28,727 nucleotides of DNA from Eledone cirrhosa (GCA_964016885.1 CAXHJY010000475.1:1-28727), one strand, 5' to 3'; positions 1-11,754 are shown, counted from the stretch's first letter. Program-made: numbers and translations. Notes: a model not told the origin generated them from the sequence alone.

Positions 1-418
1 TTTCTCATATCTCTCTATATCCCTCTCTCACTTTCTATCTTTCTCTGGAAGAAATCTGCTGTACTGAAGCCTGGAGAGGGAGGGGCTCCGCCGGGCTTAA
101 GATGTCCAAGAAACACTGTATATCTATACACCGCCTCTATGACTCTATCAGGAGTTACGTGACCATACATACATACATGGTAATACACTGTTGTTACGGT
201 AACAGTGATGTTATGTAGAAACATTCATAAAACTAATTTTCCTCTGACGAGAAGACATAAATCTCCAAAATGCAACATGATTATCTCCTAAGAGTTTCCT
301 GTGTACAGACGTGTTTATACTTCAATATTTACGCGGCAAAGATATTTAAAACGAAAATTAATTGTTGTATCTACTTTAAATTTAGCTTACATTTTCTTGT
401 ATACCATTATAATATTAA

Positions 419-1388
<970 letters not shown>

Positions 1389-1837
1389 TGGACGTCAAAC
1401 ACACACATGTACACACGTATATATAATTACATGTTTTTGCTGTCAGTTGTGTCAACACTCGAGTAAGTTTGATATAGTACAATCCCTCGCTCGTCGCTCA
1501 TTACTAGATCAGTCAACACTAAAAAAAATCTTATGTGGTATTACATGAAATATAATGCCTATGGTTCCCCCTGCCCCACTCCCCCTGCCCCACGCAGCCT
1601 GGCTAGACTCTGGCCATGCTGGGGCACTGCTTTGATTTACTCACGGCGTTTATAAACTGATTTTTTTAAAAATAAATATTATACATATATATATGTATAT
1701 ATATATATATATGTGTATATATATATATATATATATAAATATAAATATATATATGTATATATATACAAATATATATATATATGTATATATATATGTATAT
1801 ATATATATATATATATATAAATATAAATATATATATG

Positions 1838-1923
<86 letters not shown>

Positions 1924-1927
1924 TATA

Positions 1928-2130
1928 GTCGCCAAGGTTTCTTGGTGAGGAGGGTGACTTTGGACATCCTGCAGGACTAAAAACAAAACCTGTCAAAGGG
2001 CAAAGGAGCTCTTAAGAGTCAATGGCCATCCAAAATCACTGGGAGAGATGACCCCTTAGCCTTTGTCAAGGCAGAATTATAGAAGGAAAACTCTGATATA
2101 ACACCTGCAACCCTAATGGTATCCAATGAT
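1928..2130 (+). mobile_element. Probable RTE-type LINE 5'UTR-like fragment
   Basis: Contains AGAAGGAAAACTCTGATATAACACC (2081-2105), which resembles a motif I recall from invertebrate RTE 5' regions; lies just upstream of an RTE-like 3' end. Recall only. Confidence 0.35.
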
Positions 2131-2289
2131 GTTGACTTGTTCTTCTTTTTGGTAAATATTATCTTGGTTAAGAGAGTGGGACTGGCTTTGTGCAGTACCT
2201 TTGCTCACTATAAAAGCTTCACGGCACAGGCATTGCTTTATATCTGGAGATCTCTCTGCACTTGTCGTCACATGGTGCCATGGGCCCAG

Positions 2290-2452
2290 CACTATGTGTC
2301 AGTAATTGTCACAAGTGTAGTGTTTGTACCAGAGTTTTCAAGTCGCTGGCTGGACTAAAAAGCCACACTCGCTCGTTCAGCGCATCGGTAGGGGTTCTCC
2401 TACATGGATATAAAGTAGTGGCCGTACTCGAAAACGAGTTGGCAGCCACCAT
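2290..2452 (+). mobile_element. RTE-clade LINE 3' end with C-terminal zinc finger and terminal stem-loop
   Basis: Translates to CSVCTRVFKSLAGLKSHTRS (C-x2-C-x3-F-x5-L-x2-H, last His lost), typical of RTE ORF2 C-termini; followed by GTGGCCGTACTCGAAAACGAGTTGGCAGCCAC hairpin and a (TA)n tail. Confidence 0.65.
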
Positions 2453-2532
2453 ATATATATAGTGAAAAATTGAACGGGAACAAAACAGAGAGGCAGTACG
2501 AACAAAGGTTTATTAGTTTCACGCGCTTGAGT

Positions 2533-2559
2533 ATATAGATATATATATTTATATATATT

Positions 2560-2634
<75 letters not shown>

Positions 2635-2750
2635 ATGTAAAAGGTAAACAGAAATAACAACACAATCGGTACAGAGAGATAGACAGACAGACAGATAAAT
2701 AGACAGACAGACAGACAGATAAATAGACAGACAGACAGACAGACAGACAG
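2533..2750. repeat. (TA)n-(TG)n and (GACA/GATA)n microsatellites
   Basis: Direct inspection; another (CA)n at 3010-3106. Confidence 0.95.
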
Positions 2751-3009
2751 CTATTGTCATTGAATTAACGAAATCGAACAACTCTAGAAATATACCATTT
2801 ATAATAATCTCTCATACGTGATGCGTTTTATTGAACTCTTATTAAATCGATCAATGTTCAATGCCAGTTCATAAACTTCGATTAGTTCTCATGTAAAAGA
2901 AAATCAATCAAGATTCCTAACCATAAATTAACACAGCAGTTTTTATTCTGATACACTATGTTCAATATATTCAGCACCATCTTTAATAAATTTGACCCCT
3001 CCTCCTTCA

Positions 3010-3107
<98 letters not shown>

Positions 3108-3240
3108 TTCCAACATGGACGATTCATTGGGGAACCAGAGACCTTCATATCTCACAGTTAGAAATGACATCTTGTCAGAGTCCGGCCTAGTAACATTTTC
3201 ATCACCGCGATAATTTGCTCATGCTTTCTAGAGTAATTTT

Positions 3241-3279
<39 letters not shown>

Positions 3280-3444
3280 ATATTGAGAAACACACAGATA
3301 CATGCGGACACACACATATACATGAATATATCCACATCCATCCTTGAGTTAATGGTGCCAACCTTAACCGATGTTGCTCTATGAATAACTGGGACAAACC
3401 AATCCGAATGGATTAGACTGAACCAGTATCAGAGCTAAAAGCAC

Positions 3445-3817
3445 ATTATGAAGAGAGAAGAAACATTTAGATATAATTAGTAATAAGATGTATCATACCT
3501 AAACTGCTTCTAGATTCCTCGACTACGTAGTTTCGTGGCATAAACAAAAACAATACATCATAGAGATATAGAGCCTTTGCGAGGTCTGCCGACTTATCAA
3601 GAGGATACCTCGTTATACTAGCCTCAAGAGCACGTCTATATGATGTGAGATAGAATCCCAAAAGGCGGAGGGGGAGACAGTCACGTGATACAACGGTCAA
3701 GAAACAGAGCTAAGCCCCTTATAACCCCGAAAAAAATACCACAATCTCACAATCTAGAAGCAGTTTAGGTATGATACATCTTATTACTAATTATATCTAA
3801 ATGTTTCTTCTCTCTTC

Positions 3818-3822
<5 letters not shown>
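3445..3822. repeat. Perfect 72-bp inverted repeat with 234-bp spacer
   Basis: 3445-3516 is the exact reverse complement of 3751-3822; the right arm abuts (TA)n. Confidence 0.95.
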
Positions 3823-3893
<71 letters not shown>

Positions 3894-3992
3894 AAGATCG
3901 GAATTAAGAGTATTCCGCAGTTCACTGTAATAATAATAATAGTATTAGCTCAAAGAAAAAATAGAGAATTTCCTTCTGAGCTCAAATGCAAG

Positions 3993-4108
3993 TATATATT
4001 ACACAAAGAGAAGTGTGTTACACAGTGAGATGTGTGTAAAGAATTATTACGAGTGTTTTTACCGTTACTGACTCACTGTGTAACACACTTCTCTTTGTGT
4101 AATATATA
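3993..4108. repeat. 37-bp inverted repeat with 42-bp spacer (MITE-like fold-back)
   Basis: TATATATTACACAAAGAGAAGTGTGTTACACAGTGAG (3993-4029) versus its reverse complement at 4072-4108. Confidence 0.9.
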
Positions 4109-4178
<70 letters not shown>

Positions 4179-4184
4179 ATAAAT

Positions 4185-4246
4185 TTGAAGATCCCGTTAA
4201 GGGTGAAAGCAGCGATTCTTTGCTTAAACTTTAATCTGTTATTTTA

Positions 4247-4248
<2 letters not shown>
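4185..4248 (+). repeat. Degraded HHR-bearing repeat, copy 1 (copy 2 at 7916-7979)
   Basis: TTGAAGA-TCCC gttaa GGGT-GAAA-GCAG cgattct TTGC-TT; the 62-nt block 4187-4248 matches 7918-7979 with one mismatch. Confidence 0.6.
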
Positions 4249-4327
<79 letters not shown>

Positions 4328-4600
4328 ACCACTATTATAGACACCATATATATTTCCGTGGGTACCTAGTACCTACTGGGATATCTATATCATTTATCTA
4401 ATTCTCTTTAATGTAGAGAAAAAAAAATGGTGTATCATGCTGCTATTTCTAGCAGCATGAAATATCAGCGAGTCTATAATTCCCTGCTATTTCTAACGGT
4501 CCAATAAGTGTGTGGGTCATTTTAACAGCTTGATTCATTCACTGGGCAGAGGGTGATATATTTACATCTATACGGACTTATGTCTAGTAGATTTGGAAAA

Positions 4601-4680
4601 GCTATCTGAAGAGCTATATCTTTCCATTGGAAATTCTCTGAATTTCCAATCTTTTGATAAGCGAAACCGTCGGTCATGGC
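4601..4680 (+). ncRNA. Type I hammerhead ribozyme, intact core, GUC site
   Basis: Stem I GCTAT/ATGGC (extends via TCTAGT 4583-4588/ACTAGA 4681-4686); CTGAAGA 4606-4612; stem II GCT/AGC + TATC/GATA + ATTGGAAATTC/GAATTTCCAAT; GAAA 4663-4666; stem III CCG-T-CGG; predicted cut after C4675. Confidence 0.85.
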
Positions 4681-4750
4681 ACTAGAAGAGGTAAATATTT
4701 AAATCGTATTTTAATTTATTTAAAAGATTGTTTAATGTTTACTTGTTCCG

Positions 4751-4849
<99 letters not shown>

Positions 4850-4940
4850 ATATTATTCAAAATATTAACAAATGAAAAATATTCTCATAATCAAAATATA
4901 TATTTTATTACAACAATATGACCCTCCCCAAGTGTAACTA

Positions 4941-5008
4941 TATTTTATTATATATATTTCAAAGGTACTGTGTTGTTGCTTTTCAGTACGTCCTCATCAG
5001 ACAAAATA
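4941..5008 (-). ncRNA. Minimal type I hammerhead ribozyme, AUA site
   Basis: Minus strand: TATTTTGT-CTGATGA-GGACGTACTG[13 nt]CAGTACCTTT-GAAA-TATATA-TA-ATAAAATA; 8-bp stem I and palindromic stem III. Confidence 0.75.
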
Positions 5009-5236
5009 TATGATTTGATATATGACATACCGCTACGGTCTTGAATATTGAATTCCAGTATTGGCACTGATTTATTTCATCAAATCTGGAGTATAAATAA
5101 TATAACATCAAAAGATGATTAAAAGACTTCCATGTATTTTATTATGCGCATTTCAAAAACATTATTTTATTTTTTATATGTTGATTTAACACTTCACTGC
5201 TCGCAAGTGTTTTTTAAGCTTCATACCATGTCTCCC

Positions 5237-5307
5237 TATTTTATCTGATGAGAACGCAAATATCATCCCATGATGATATTTGTTTTTGAAATGCGCATAA
5301 TAAAATA
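5237..5307 (+). ncRNA. Minimal type I hammerhead ribozyme, AUA site
   Basis: TATTTTAT/ATAAAATA 8-bp stem I; CTGATGA 5245-5251; stem II includes perfect 11-bp CAAATATCATC/GATGATATTTG; GAAA 5288-5291; palindromic stem III ATGCGCAT; predicted cut after A5299. Confidence 0.82.
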
Positions 5308-5408
5308 CATGGAACTCTTAACTATCTTTTGATCTTATATTATATATATATATACTGCCAAAACTGGAATGAATCATCAGCACAGTTGTGGTATGTCAGA
5401 CATCAATT

Positions 5409-5474
5409 TATTTTATCCGAGGAGGACGTACTGATGAAACAATTCAGTACCTCTGAAATATATATAATAAAATA
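5409..5474 (+). ncRNA. Hammerhead ribozyme with U4-to-C core change (mirror copy of 4941-5008)
   Basis: TATTTTAT-CCGAGGA-GGACGTACTGA[9 nt]TCAGTACCTCT-GAAA-TATATA-TA-ATAAAATA. Confidence 0.65.
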
Positions 5475-5537
5475 TATTTGATCACACAAATGTCTATATT
5501 TATTAATATTTTGAAATAATATATATATGTATATATA

Positions 5538-5623
5538 TAGAAGTAGAAACACAACAATTAGTTCACCATACAGAGAACAATTCTTCTCTGTACGGTGAAC
5601 TAACTGTTGTGTAACCACTTCTA
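5538..5623. other. Long hairpin (29-bp stem, 6-nt loop)
   Basis: 5549-5577 pairs with 5584-5612 with two mismatches; outer TAGAAGT/ACTTCTA also pairs. Confidence 0.85.
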
Positions 5624-5677
5624 CCTAACTCGTCCCATGGACTGAGTGCTCTACCACTACGGATATTACCTTCCAGT

Positions 5678-5787
<110 letters not shown>

Positions 5788-5790
5788 TAC

Positions 5791-5842
<52 letters not shown>

Positions 5843-5866
5843 TACATATATACATGTTCACTGACA

Positions 5867-6063
5867 TCCAGAGTGTTGACACTGCACTCAGTGCTCCTGT
5901 GGGAGCCCCTACACAGACACACTAGAAGAGGGAGACCGAGGTTGACGTATGTTGATGCCCTAAGGACAGACACTGGTCTGTTGGAGATGCAGGACATGGC
6001 AGCGATAATGAGGGACAGCGACTGCTGGAGAGAACTCGTCCATGGATCTCGGGAATTTTAACC

Positions 6064-6068
<5 letters not shown>
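5867..6068 (+). mobile_element. RTE-clade LINE ORF2 C-terminal fragment (5'-truncated copy)
   Basis: [30 protein letters not shown]...[13 protein letters not shown] matches the RTE C-terminal W-x-P...RGRP...D...DR-x-x-W pattern; stop at 6061, then a (TA)n tail. Confidence 0.85.
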
Positions 6069-6100
<32 letters not shown>

Positions 6101-6181
6101 TGAACACCACAATATATAATTACTCCATTAGCAAAGGTTTCAGGACCCTAGACAATATTAACATACGTCTAGTCCGCTCAT

Positions 6182-6290
<109 letters not shown>

Positions 6291-6440
6291 CATATTTCAT
6301 CCTGAACTCGAAGCTGGTCAGCCAAACAGACAACAACTGGCCTTCACCGCCTTCGAGTTAAAAACATTTCTCTCTGTTTTTTTTTTAGCCTCTTGGATTG
6401 TGTTTACCATTATTCCTTTATTATATAACTTTTATGCTAT

Positions 6441-6502
6441 AAACACCTGAAGATGTCACCAGGATCTTACGGAACTTGGCCACTGAAATGTACATAGTTT
6501 TT
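6441..6502 (+). ncRNA. Minimal type I hammerhead ribozyme, eroded stems
   Basis: AAACAC-CTGAAGA (6447-6453)-imperfect stem II (CCAGG/CTTGG)-GAAA (6485-6488)-TGTACA-TA-GTTTTT; palindromic ATGTACAT stem III; AATAAA just downstream. Confidence 0.62.
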
Positions 6503-6558
6503 GCTATAATAAATCTTTGAAGGAATTTCACCAGTCCGGCCTCCTGTCATTTTACTCA

Positions 6559-6636
<78 letters not shown>

Positions 6637-6756
6637 GACGTAAAATAAGAAAATTATAAAAATTAACTTACTTACTAACATTTCATTCCAACTAATTAGT
6701 TTCTGAAAGGGAATAAACATGGTTTCCAAATGGAAAGCATGGAGAAGCCGTTTCGT

Positions 6757-6832
<76 letters not shown>

Positions 6833-7049
6833 TGTATATATATATATATATATATGTGTGTGTATATATATATATACATATATATATATATACATATGCC
6901 CCTGGATTTTCGACCAATGGATATTACTAACAATTGGAAAGACGAATGGAAAAATTGTTTCCTCGGTCCAATTTGACGAGTTTCACGCCAGTCATTAAGC
7001 GACTGTCGGTATATAAATATCTGTGTGTATGTGTGGTCTTCGGCATAGT

Positions 7050-7190
7050 TTCTGTCTACCAAATTTCCCTCACTATGCATTGCTCAATTAGAGGCTATAG
7101 TAAAAGACACTAATCCAAGGAACCACGCTGTGAGACAACCCAAAACCCCATAGTTCAATGACAACTACTCAACCACGCAGCTATGATTGC
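7050..7190 (-). mobile_element. Diverged tRNA-derived SINE (CORE-like, octopus-type) 5' half
   Basis: Minus strand: A-box-like TAGCTGCGTGG, degenerate B box, then CCTTGGATTAGTGTCTTTTACTATAGCC, resembling the CCTTGGGCAAGTGTCTTCTACTATAGCC segment I recall from octopus SINEs. Confidence 0.65.
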
Positions 7191-7204
7191 ATGTATGTAT
7201 ATAT

Positions 7205-7253
7205 GCTTCCTGAAGATTTCATCTGAATGAAACAGTACTAGTCCTGTAGAAGC
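7205..7253 (+). ncRNA. Type I hammerhead ribozyme, GUA site
   Basis: GCTTC-CTGAAGA (7210-7216)-T TTC atct GAA T-GAAA (7229-7232)-CAG tactagtc CTG-TA-GAAGC; 5-bp stem I; stem III loop holds palindrome ACTAGT. Confidence 0.75.
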
Positions 7254-7340
7254 TCCTTCTATGAAATAAAAAAAATTTACTCTGCCATGTATTGAGTACC
7301 TTACTTACTGTGGTTATCCCCGACTCAACCCGGGACCTAC

Positions 7341-7342
<2 letters not shown>
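7205..7342 (+). repeat. HHR-headed dispersed module A (other copies about 11010-11088 and 20112-20238)
   Basis: Shared body TACTCTGC(C/T)ATGTATTGAGTACCTTACTTACTGTGGTTA(T/C)CCCCGA..AACCCGGGA in all three copies, each followed by (TA)n. Confidence 0.85.
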
Positions 7343-7380
<38 letters not shown>

Positions 7381-7894
7381 ATAATAATAAATTTGAAGAC
7401 TAAAATCCAAAGAGGGCTCGATAAGGATAAATATATATTTTTATGTGTGTTTGGTGTATACGTTCGTATGTGTGAGGTACAGGCGTTGCGTGGGTTCTGT
7501 ATGTGCGTGCGTGTTTTTTTTTTTTTGTTTTTTTTGTACGTGCTTGTATTTGCATACCCATGGCGAGTGTTTTCGCCGCGTATGCTTGTGTATATGGATG
7601 GATGCCTGTTTTGTATATATTTAGTTTCAATTACCTCTGCATTTTATTTACTTTATTCTTAACTCTGAAGCCGAGAATCATTCGGTTTCCTAAATAGAAT
7701 ATTAGTCTACGACTTCATTTATACCATAAACGTGGTTTTGTCTTTGCGTGTAATTGTTTGCACCGCACCAAATAATGACGTATTATCTCCGGGTTTTTTT
7801 TAGTCCATTGCCAGGAACGTCTCCACGAACCAAAGTGTCGTCTTCCTGTCCTCCTTCGGTTGCAACGTTTTTTGAAATATTTACTTCTGCGTTC

Positions 7895-7978
7895 ACAGAT
7901 TGACTTTTTTAACTTCAGAAGATCCCGTTAAGGGTGAAAACAGCGATTCTTTGCTTAAACTTTAATCTGTTATTTTAA

Positions 7979-7979
<1 letters not shown>
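7895..7979 (+). repeat. Degraded HHR-bearing repeat, copy 2
   Basis: CAGAAGA-TCCC gttaa GGGT-GAAA...; flanks ACAGATTGA/TTAATCTGT can pair; near-identical to 4187-4248. Confidence 0.6.
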
Positions 7980-8015
<36 letters not shown>

Positions 8016-8070
8016 TATGTTATATATACATATTTATACGCATACATGTATGTATGTATGTATGTATGTA

Positions 8071-8128
<58 letters not shown>

Positions 8129-8322
8129 TACATACATACACACATATATATACATACGTATATATGTATATATATATATATATATATATTTATTTATTAT
8201 ATTATATATACATATATATATGTATATATAATATACATACACATATGTGTGTATGTGTATATATATATATATGTATATATTGTATTATATATGTGTATGT
8301 ATTTGTGTACACACACACAATG

Positions 8323-8445
<123 letters not shown>

Positions 8446-8850
8446 AAAATATACTAAACGTGCAGAATGACAATTGCTTCTTCGTATATAAAAACTTACA
8501 ATTGAAATGAGATAGCTTGCAGCTATTTGCTAAGTGTCTTTCATAGCGTCGATTAAGAAATAGAGAGATGTCGTGTTATTTAAATGTGTGTAAGATATTG
8601 TTGCTTCAATCAACCATTCATAATTATGAAGCAAGAATTACGAAGAGTGTCTACAGGAACTAAACATTTCTGAACATTTACTTAATCCGTTCCCATCTTG
8701 AATTTATCAATAATTTCACTGTAACATAGCCTGCAGTGTGCAGTGTATATTTCATTGTAAACTAAACTATCATATAGATAAAATTATAGCATATGGTTTA
8801 TATATATATATATATGTGTGTGTATGTGTATATGTATATATATACACATA

Positions 8851-8910
<60 letters not shown>

Positions 8911-8940
8911 TATGTAATAAACAACATAAGACAATTATTC

Positions 8941-8992
8941 CATTTACCAAAGGTTTCACGAAGCCAGATGTCTGAAATCGCTCATCAAAATG
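8941..8992 (-). ncRNA. Hammerhead ribozyme with C3-to-U change, GUA site
   Basis: Minus strand: CATT-TTGATGA-GCGA...TCGT-GAAA-CC ttt GG-TA-AATG; its 5' half is repeated in inverted orientation at 9023-9044 with intact CTGATGA. Confidence 0.62.
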
Positions 8993-9119
8993 AAAAATGT
9001 AATATGCATAGTAAATGTTTCCTTCTGATGAGCGATTTCAGACGTGTCTTTATGAATGTAGCTTACAGAGAGCACTCTCCTTTCCTTTACCCTTCTACGG
9101 AAATAATTCATATATATAT

Positions 9120-9308
9120 GAAAAAGTATGACCCCGACGGCAGAGCTCAAGCCGTTTCGACGGCTATTTCTGTCAAGAAATAGCCGTCGAAACGGCTTGA
9201 GCTCTGCCGTCAGGGTCATACTTTTTCCTATTTCCCACTCTACTACCCTAAGTATTGAGTACTTTGGTGCGTTATGGTCCACCTGGTCCCTTACCACATT
9301 TCCTTTGT

Positions 9309-9310
<2 letters not shown>
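9120..9310 (+). mobile_element. Fold-back module B, copy 1 (52-bp arms plus ~85-bp tail)
   Basis: 9120-9171 / 9176-9227 are inverted with one mismatch; tail CCCACTCTACTACCCTAAGTATTGAGTAC...CTTACCACATTTCC; flanked by (TA)n. Confidence 0.88.
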
Positions 9311-9354
<44 letters not shown>

Positions 9355-9480
9355 TATGTGTGTGTGTGTGTGTATATGCTTTCATTCTGAGCGTAGGTGA
9401 GAGAAAGCAGACGAACTGTAACGACAGTGAAATAGGGTATTGAAGAAGATGTGAGATGATACGATTTTTCTGAATCTTGA

Positions 9481-9768
9481 GTTAGTGTTGTCACTAATTA
9501 AAGCTAGCACACACTGACGAAGTGTAACAACACTGAAATACGATATTAACGTAGCTGTGCCATAACTTTCTAAATAACATTTTGTTAGTGTTGTCGGTGA
9601 TTAAAACTAGAACATACTGACGAAGTTTAACAACACTGAAATACGAGACAGCTTTCTAAATAACGTTTTATTAGTGCTGTCGCTGATTAAAGTTAGTAGT
9701 CACTGACAGGGTGTAACAGTACTGAAATACGGTATTAAGACAGCTGTGACATAACAGCTTTCCGAATC
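9481..9768 (+). repeat. Three diverged tandem units of ~86-103 bp, each with an HHR-like core
   Basis: Units start at 9481, 9584 and 9670 (TTAGTG.TGTC); each has CTGAC(GA/AG)..GT.TAACA..ACT-GAAATACG. Confidence 0.8.
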
Positions 9769-9799
9769 ATGTTGTGTTATAAAGCATAGTAATAATAAT

Positions 9800-9920
9800 A
9801 ATTGTTTCTACTTTAGGCACATTACCCCAGTTCGTTACTGGATTTGAACTCAGAATGTAAAGGGCCGTAACTCTATGCGTCAAAGCATGGCGTCCGACCC
9901 TCTACCGATACTGCCAATCC
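9800..9920 (-). mobile_element. tRNA-derived SINE, internally deleted
   Basis: Near-identical to the head of 26857-27039 (A box TGGCAGTATCGG, B box GAGTTCAAATCC) but lacks the central domain. Confidence 0.8.
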
Positions 9921-9934
9921 AAATAATAATAATA

Positions 9935-10088
9935 TAATTATTTCTACTTTTGGCACATGGCCAGCAATTATTCCAGTGTATTACTGGTACTTTATTTTAT
10001 CGACCCCTTAAGGATGAAAGGCAAAGTTAACCTTGACGGGATTTGAACTCAGACCGTAAAGAGCCGTAACTCTATGCTGCAAAGCATG
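9935..10088 (-). mobile_element. tRNA-derived SINE, 5'-truncated
   Basis: Minus strand GAGTTCAAATCCCG..GGTTAACTTTGCCTTTCATCCTT.AGGGGTCGATAAAATAAAGTACCAGT, same family as 26857-27039. Confidence 0.85.
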
Positions 10089-10205
10089 TATGATAGTTGG
10101 TTAGTTAGATATAAATATTTCAAACTATTCATCACCATATTTGAAATGAGGCTGACCAATGTCCAATTAACTGGGGCCATTATTGCCACGCCCTGCTCAT
10201 ACTAC

Positions 10206-10206
<1 letters not shown>

Positions 10207-10244
<38 letters not shown>

Positions 10245-10662
10245 CTCCTTCTTCCTCTGCCCCCCCCCCCCCACCCCTCCACCTCGCTCTGTCTCTCTCT
10301 CTTCCCCTTCTTTCTCTCTGTGCTCTCTCTCTCTCTCCCCTCTCTCCGTCTCTATCTGACTCCCTCCTCTTTCTCCCCATCACTCCCTCTCTCGGTCTGT
10401 GCCCACTCTCTCTCTCTCTCTAACTCCCTCCTGTCCCCTCCCCATCACTTTATCTCTCCCCATCACTCTCTCTCTCTCGGTCTGTCCCCCATCTCTCTCT
10501 AACTCCCTCCTGTCCCCTCCCCCATCACTCCCTCTCTCTGTCTCTCTAACTCCCTCCTGTCCCCTCCCCATCACTCCCTCTCTGTCTCTTTAACTCCCTC
10601 CTGTCCCCTCCTCATCACTCCCTCTCTCTCACTCTATAACCCCCCCCCCCCCATCTCTCTCT
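10207..10662. repeat. CT-rich polypyrimidine minisatellite
   Basis: Recurring CTAACTCCCTCCTGTCCCCTCCCCATCACT plus (CT)n. Confidence 0.9.
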
Positions 10663-10838
10663 CGGTGGAAAGAACCAATAACATTCTAGAAACAAAACAC
10701 GGGGTTCCCCTACTCAGCGTTCTTCTGCCAGTGTTGTCTCTGACTGCCACTGGAGGCACTGAATGGCTGCGTCATGGCTTAGGTGATCACAGCTTCATAT
10801 TGGTTGTGGCTGTTGTAGCGAAACAGGCATATATACAC

Positions 10839-10870
<32 letters not shown>

Positions 10871-10934
10871 ATCTGTGTATATGTGTATAATATGTCCTAA
10901 AATAAATACATACACATATATATGTATGTATGTA

Positions 10935-10966
<32 letters not shown>

Positions 10967-11009
10967 TTTTTTTATTTTATGATAAAATATTTTTTTATTT
11001 TATGATAAA

Positions 11010-11319
11010 ATAAAAAAATTTTTACTCTGCCATGTATTGAGTACCTTACTTACTGTGGTTATCCCCGACTCAACCCGGGACCTACGTATATATATAGATA
11101 TATTAAGAGAAAGTATGACTCCGACGGCAGAGCTCAAGCCGTTTCGACGGTTATTTCTGGACTAAAATGCTAAAATGACTTTAGTCCAGAAATAGCTGTC
11201 GAAACGGCTTGAGCTCTGCCGTCGGGGTCATACTTTCTCCTACTACCCACTCTACTACCCTAAGTATTGAATACTCTGGTGCGTTATGGTCCATCTGGTT
11301 CCTTACCACAATTCCTTCG

Positions 11320-11320
<1 letters not shown>
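11010..11320 (+). mobile_element. Module A body + short TA + fold-back module B copy 2
   Basis: A body 11010-11088; hairpin arms 11107-11166 / 11180-11239 with a 13-nt loop; B tail to 11320. Confidence 0.88.
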
Positions 11321-11376
<56 letters not shown>

Positions 11377-11412
11377 GAGAGAGAGAATTTCAAATTATAT
11401 ACACACACACAC

Positions 11413-11463
<51 letters not shown>

Positions 11464-11623
11464 GGGAGAGGTGTAATACATCAATTATTATATATAGAAC
11501 AAAGCACTCACTCACCCCAATATATATATACGCATATAAGTATGCAATTATATATAAGTACATACATAAAAACATAAACACACATACATATATATGTGAA
11601 TGTATTTATACACACACACGCAC

Positions 11624-11654
<31 letters not shown>

Positions 11655-11754
11655 TACATACACAAAACACGTATGTATATTCCTTAAGATATAGATGTAT
11701 TGCCTAAAGTAATATATAAAAATATATTTATATATATATAAGTATATTTATAAG

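Larger units (their letters stand above)
4850..5525. mobile_element. Imperfect ~250-310-bp inverted duplication carrying tandem HHRs (Penelope pseudo-LTR/retrozyme-like)
   Basis: About 4850-5162 is the diverged reverse complement of about 5280-5525 (e.g. TTCCATGTATTTTATTATGCGCATTTCAAAAACA / TGTTTTTGAAATGCGCATAATAAAATACATGGAA); bounded by (TA)n on both sides. Confidence 0.75.

Noticed and set aside
244-280. CTGACGA-GAAGA cataaa TCTC-CAAAA, HHR-like
   Set aside because: GAAA is mutated and no stem I or stem III partner was found.
1606-1635. TGGCCATGCTGGGGCACTGC resembling a SINE tail
   Set aside because: Too short to call from recall alone.
2316-2372. C2H2 zinc-finger gene exon
   Set aside because: Single finger lacking the last His, no linker, followed by a LINE-type 3' hairpin and tail; better explained as an RTE end.
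9481-9768. CRISPR-like repeat-spacer array
   Set aside because: Whole units are homologous, with no unique spacers and no cas genes, in a eukaryotic context.
10665-10830. GC-richer unique island as a possible exon
   Set aside because: No recognisable protein motif and no convincing splice-site pair on either strand.
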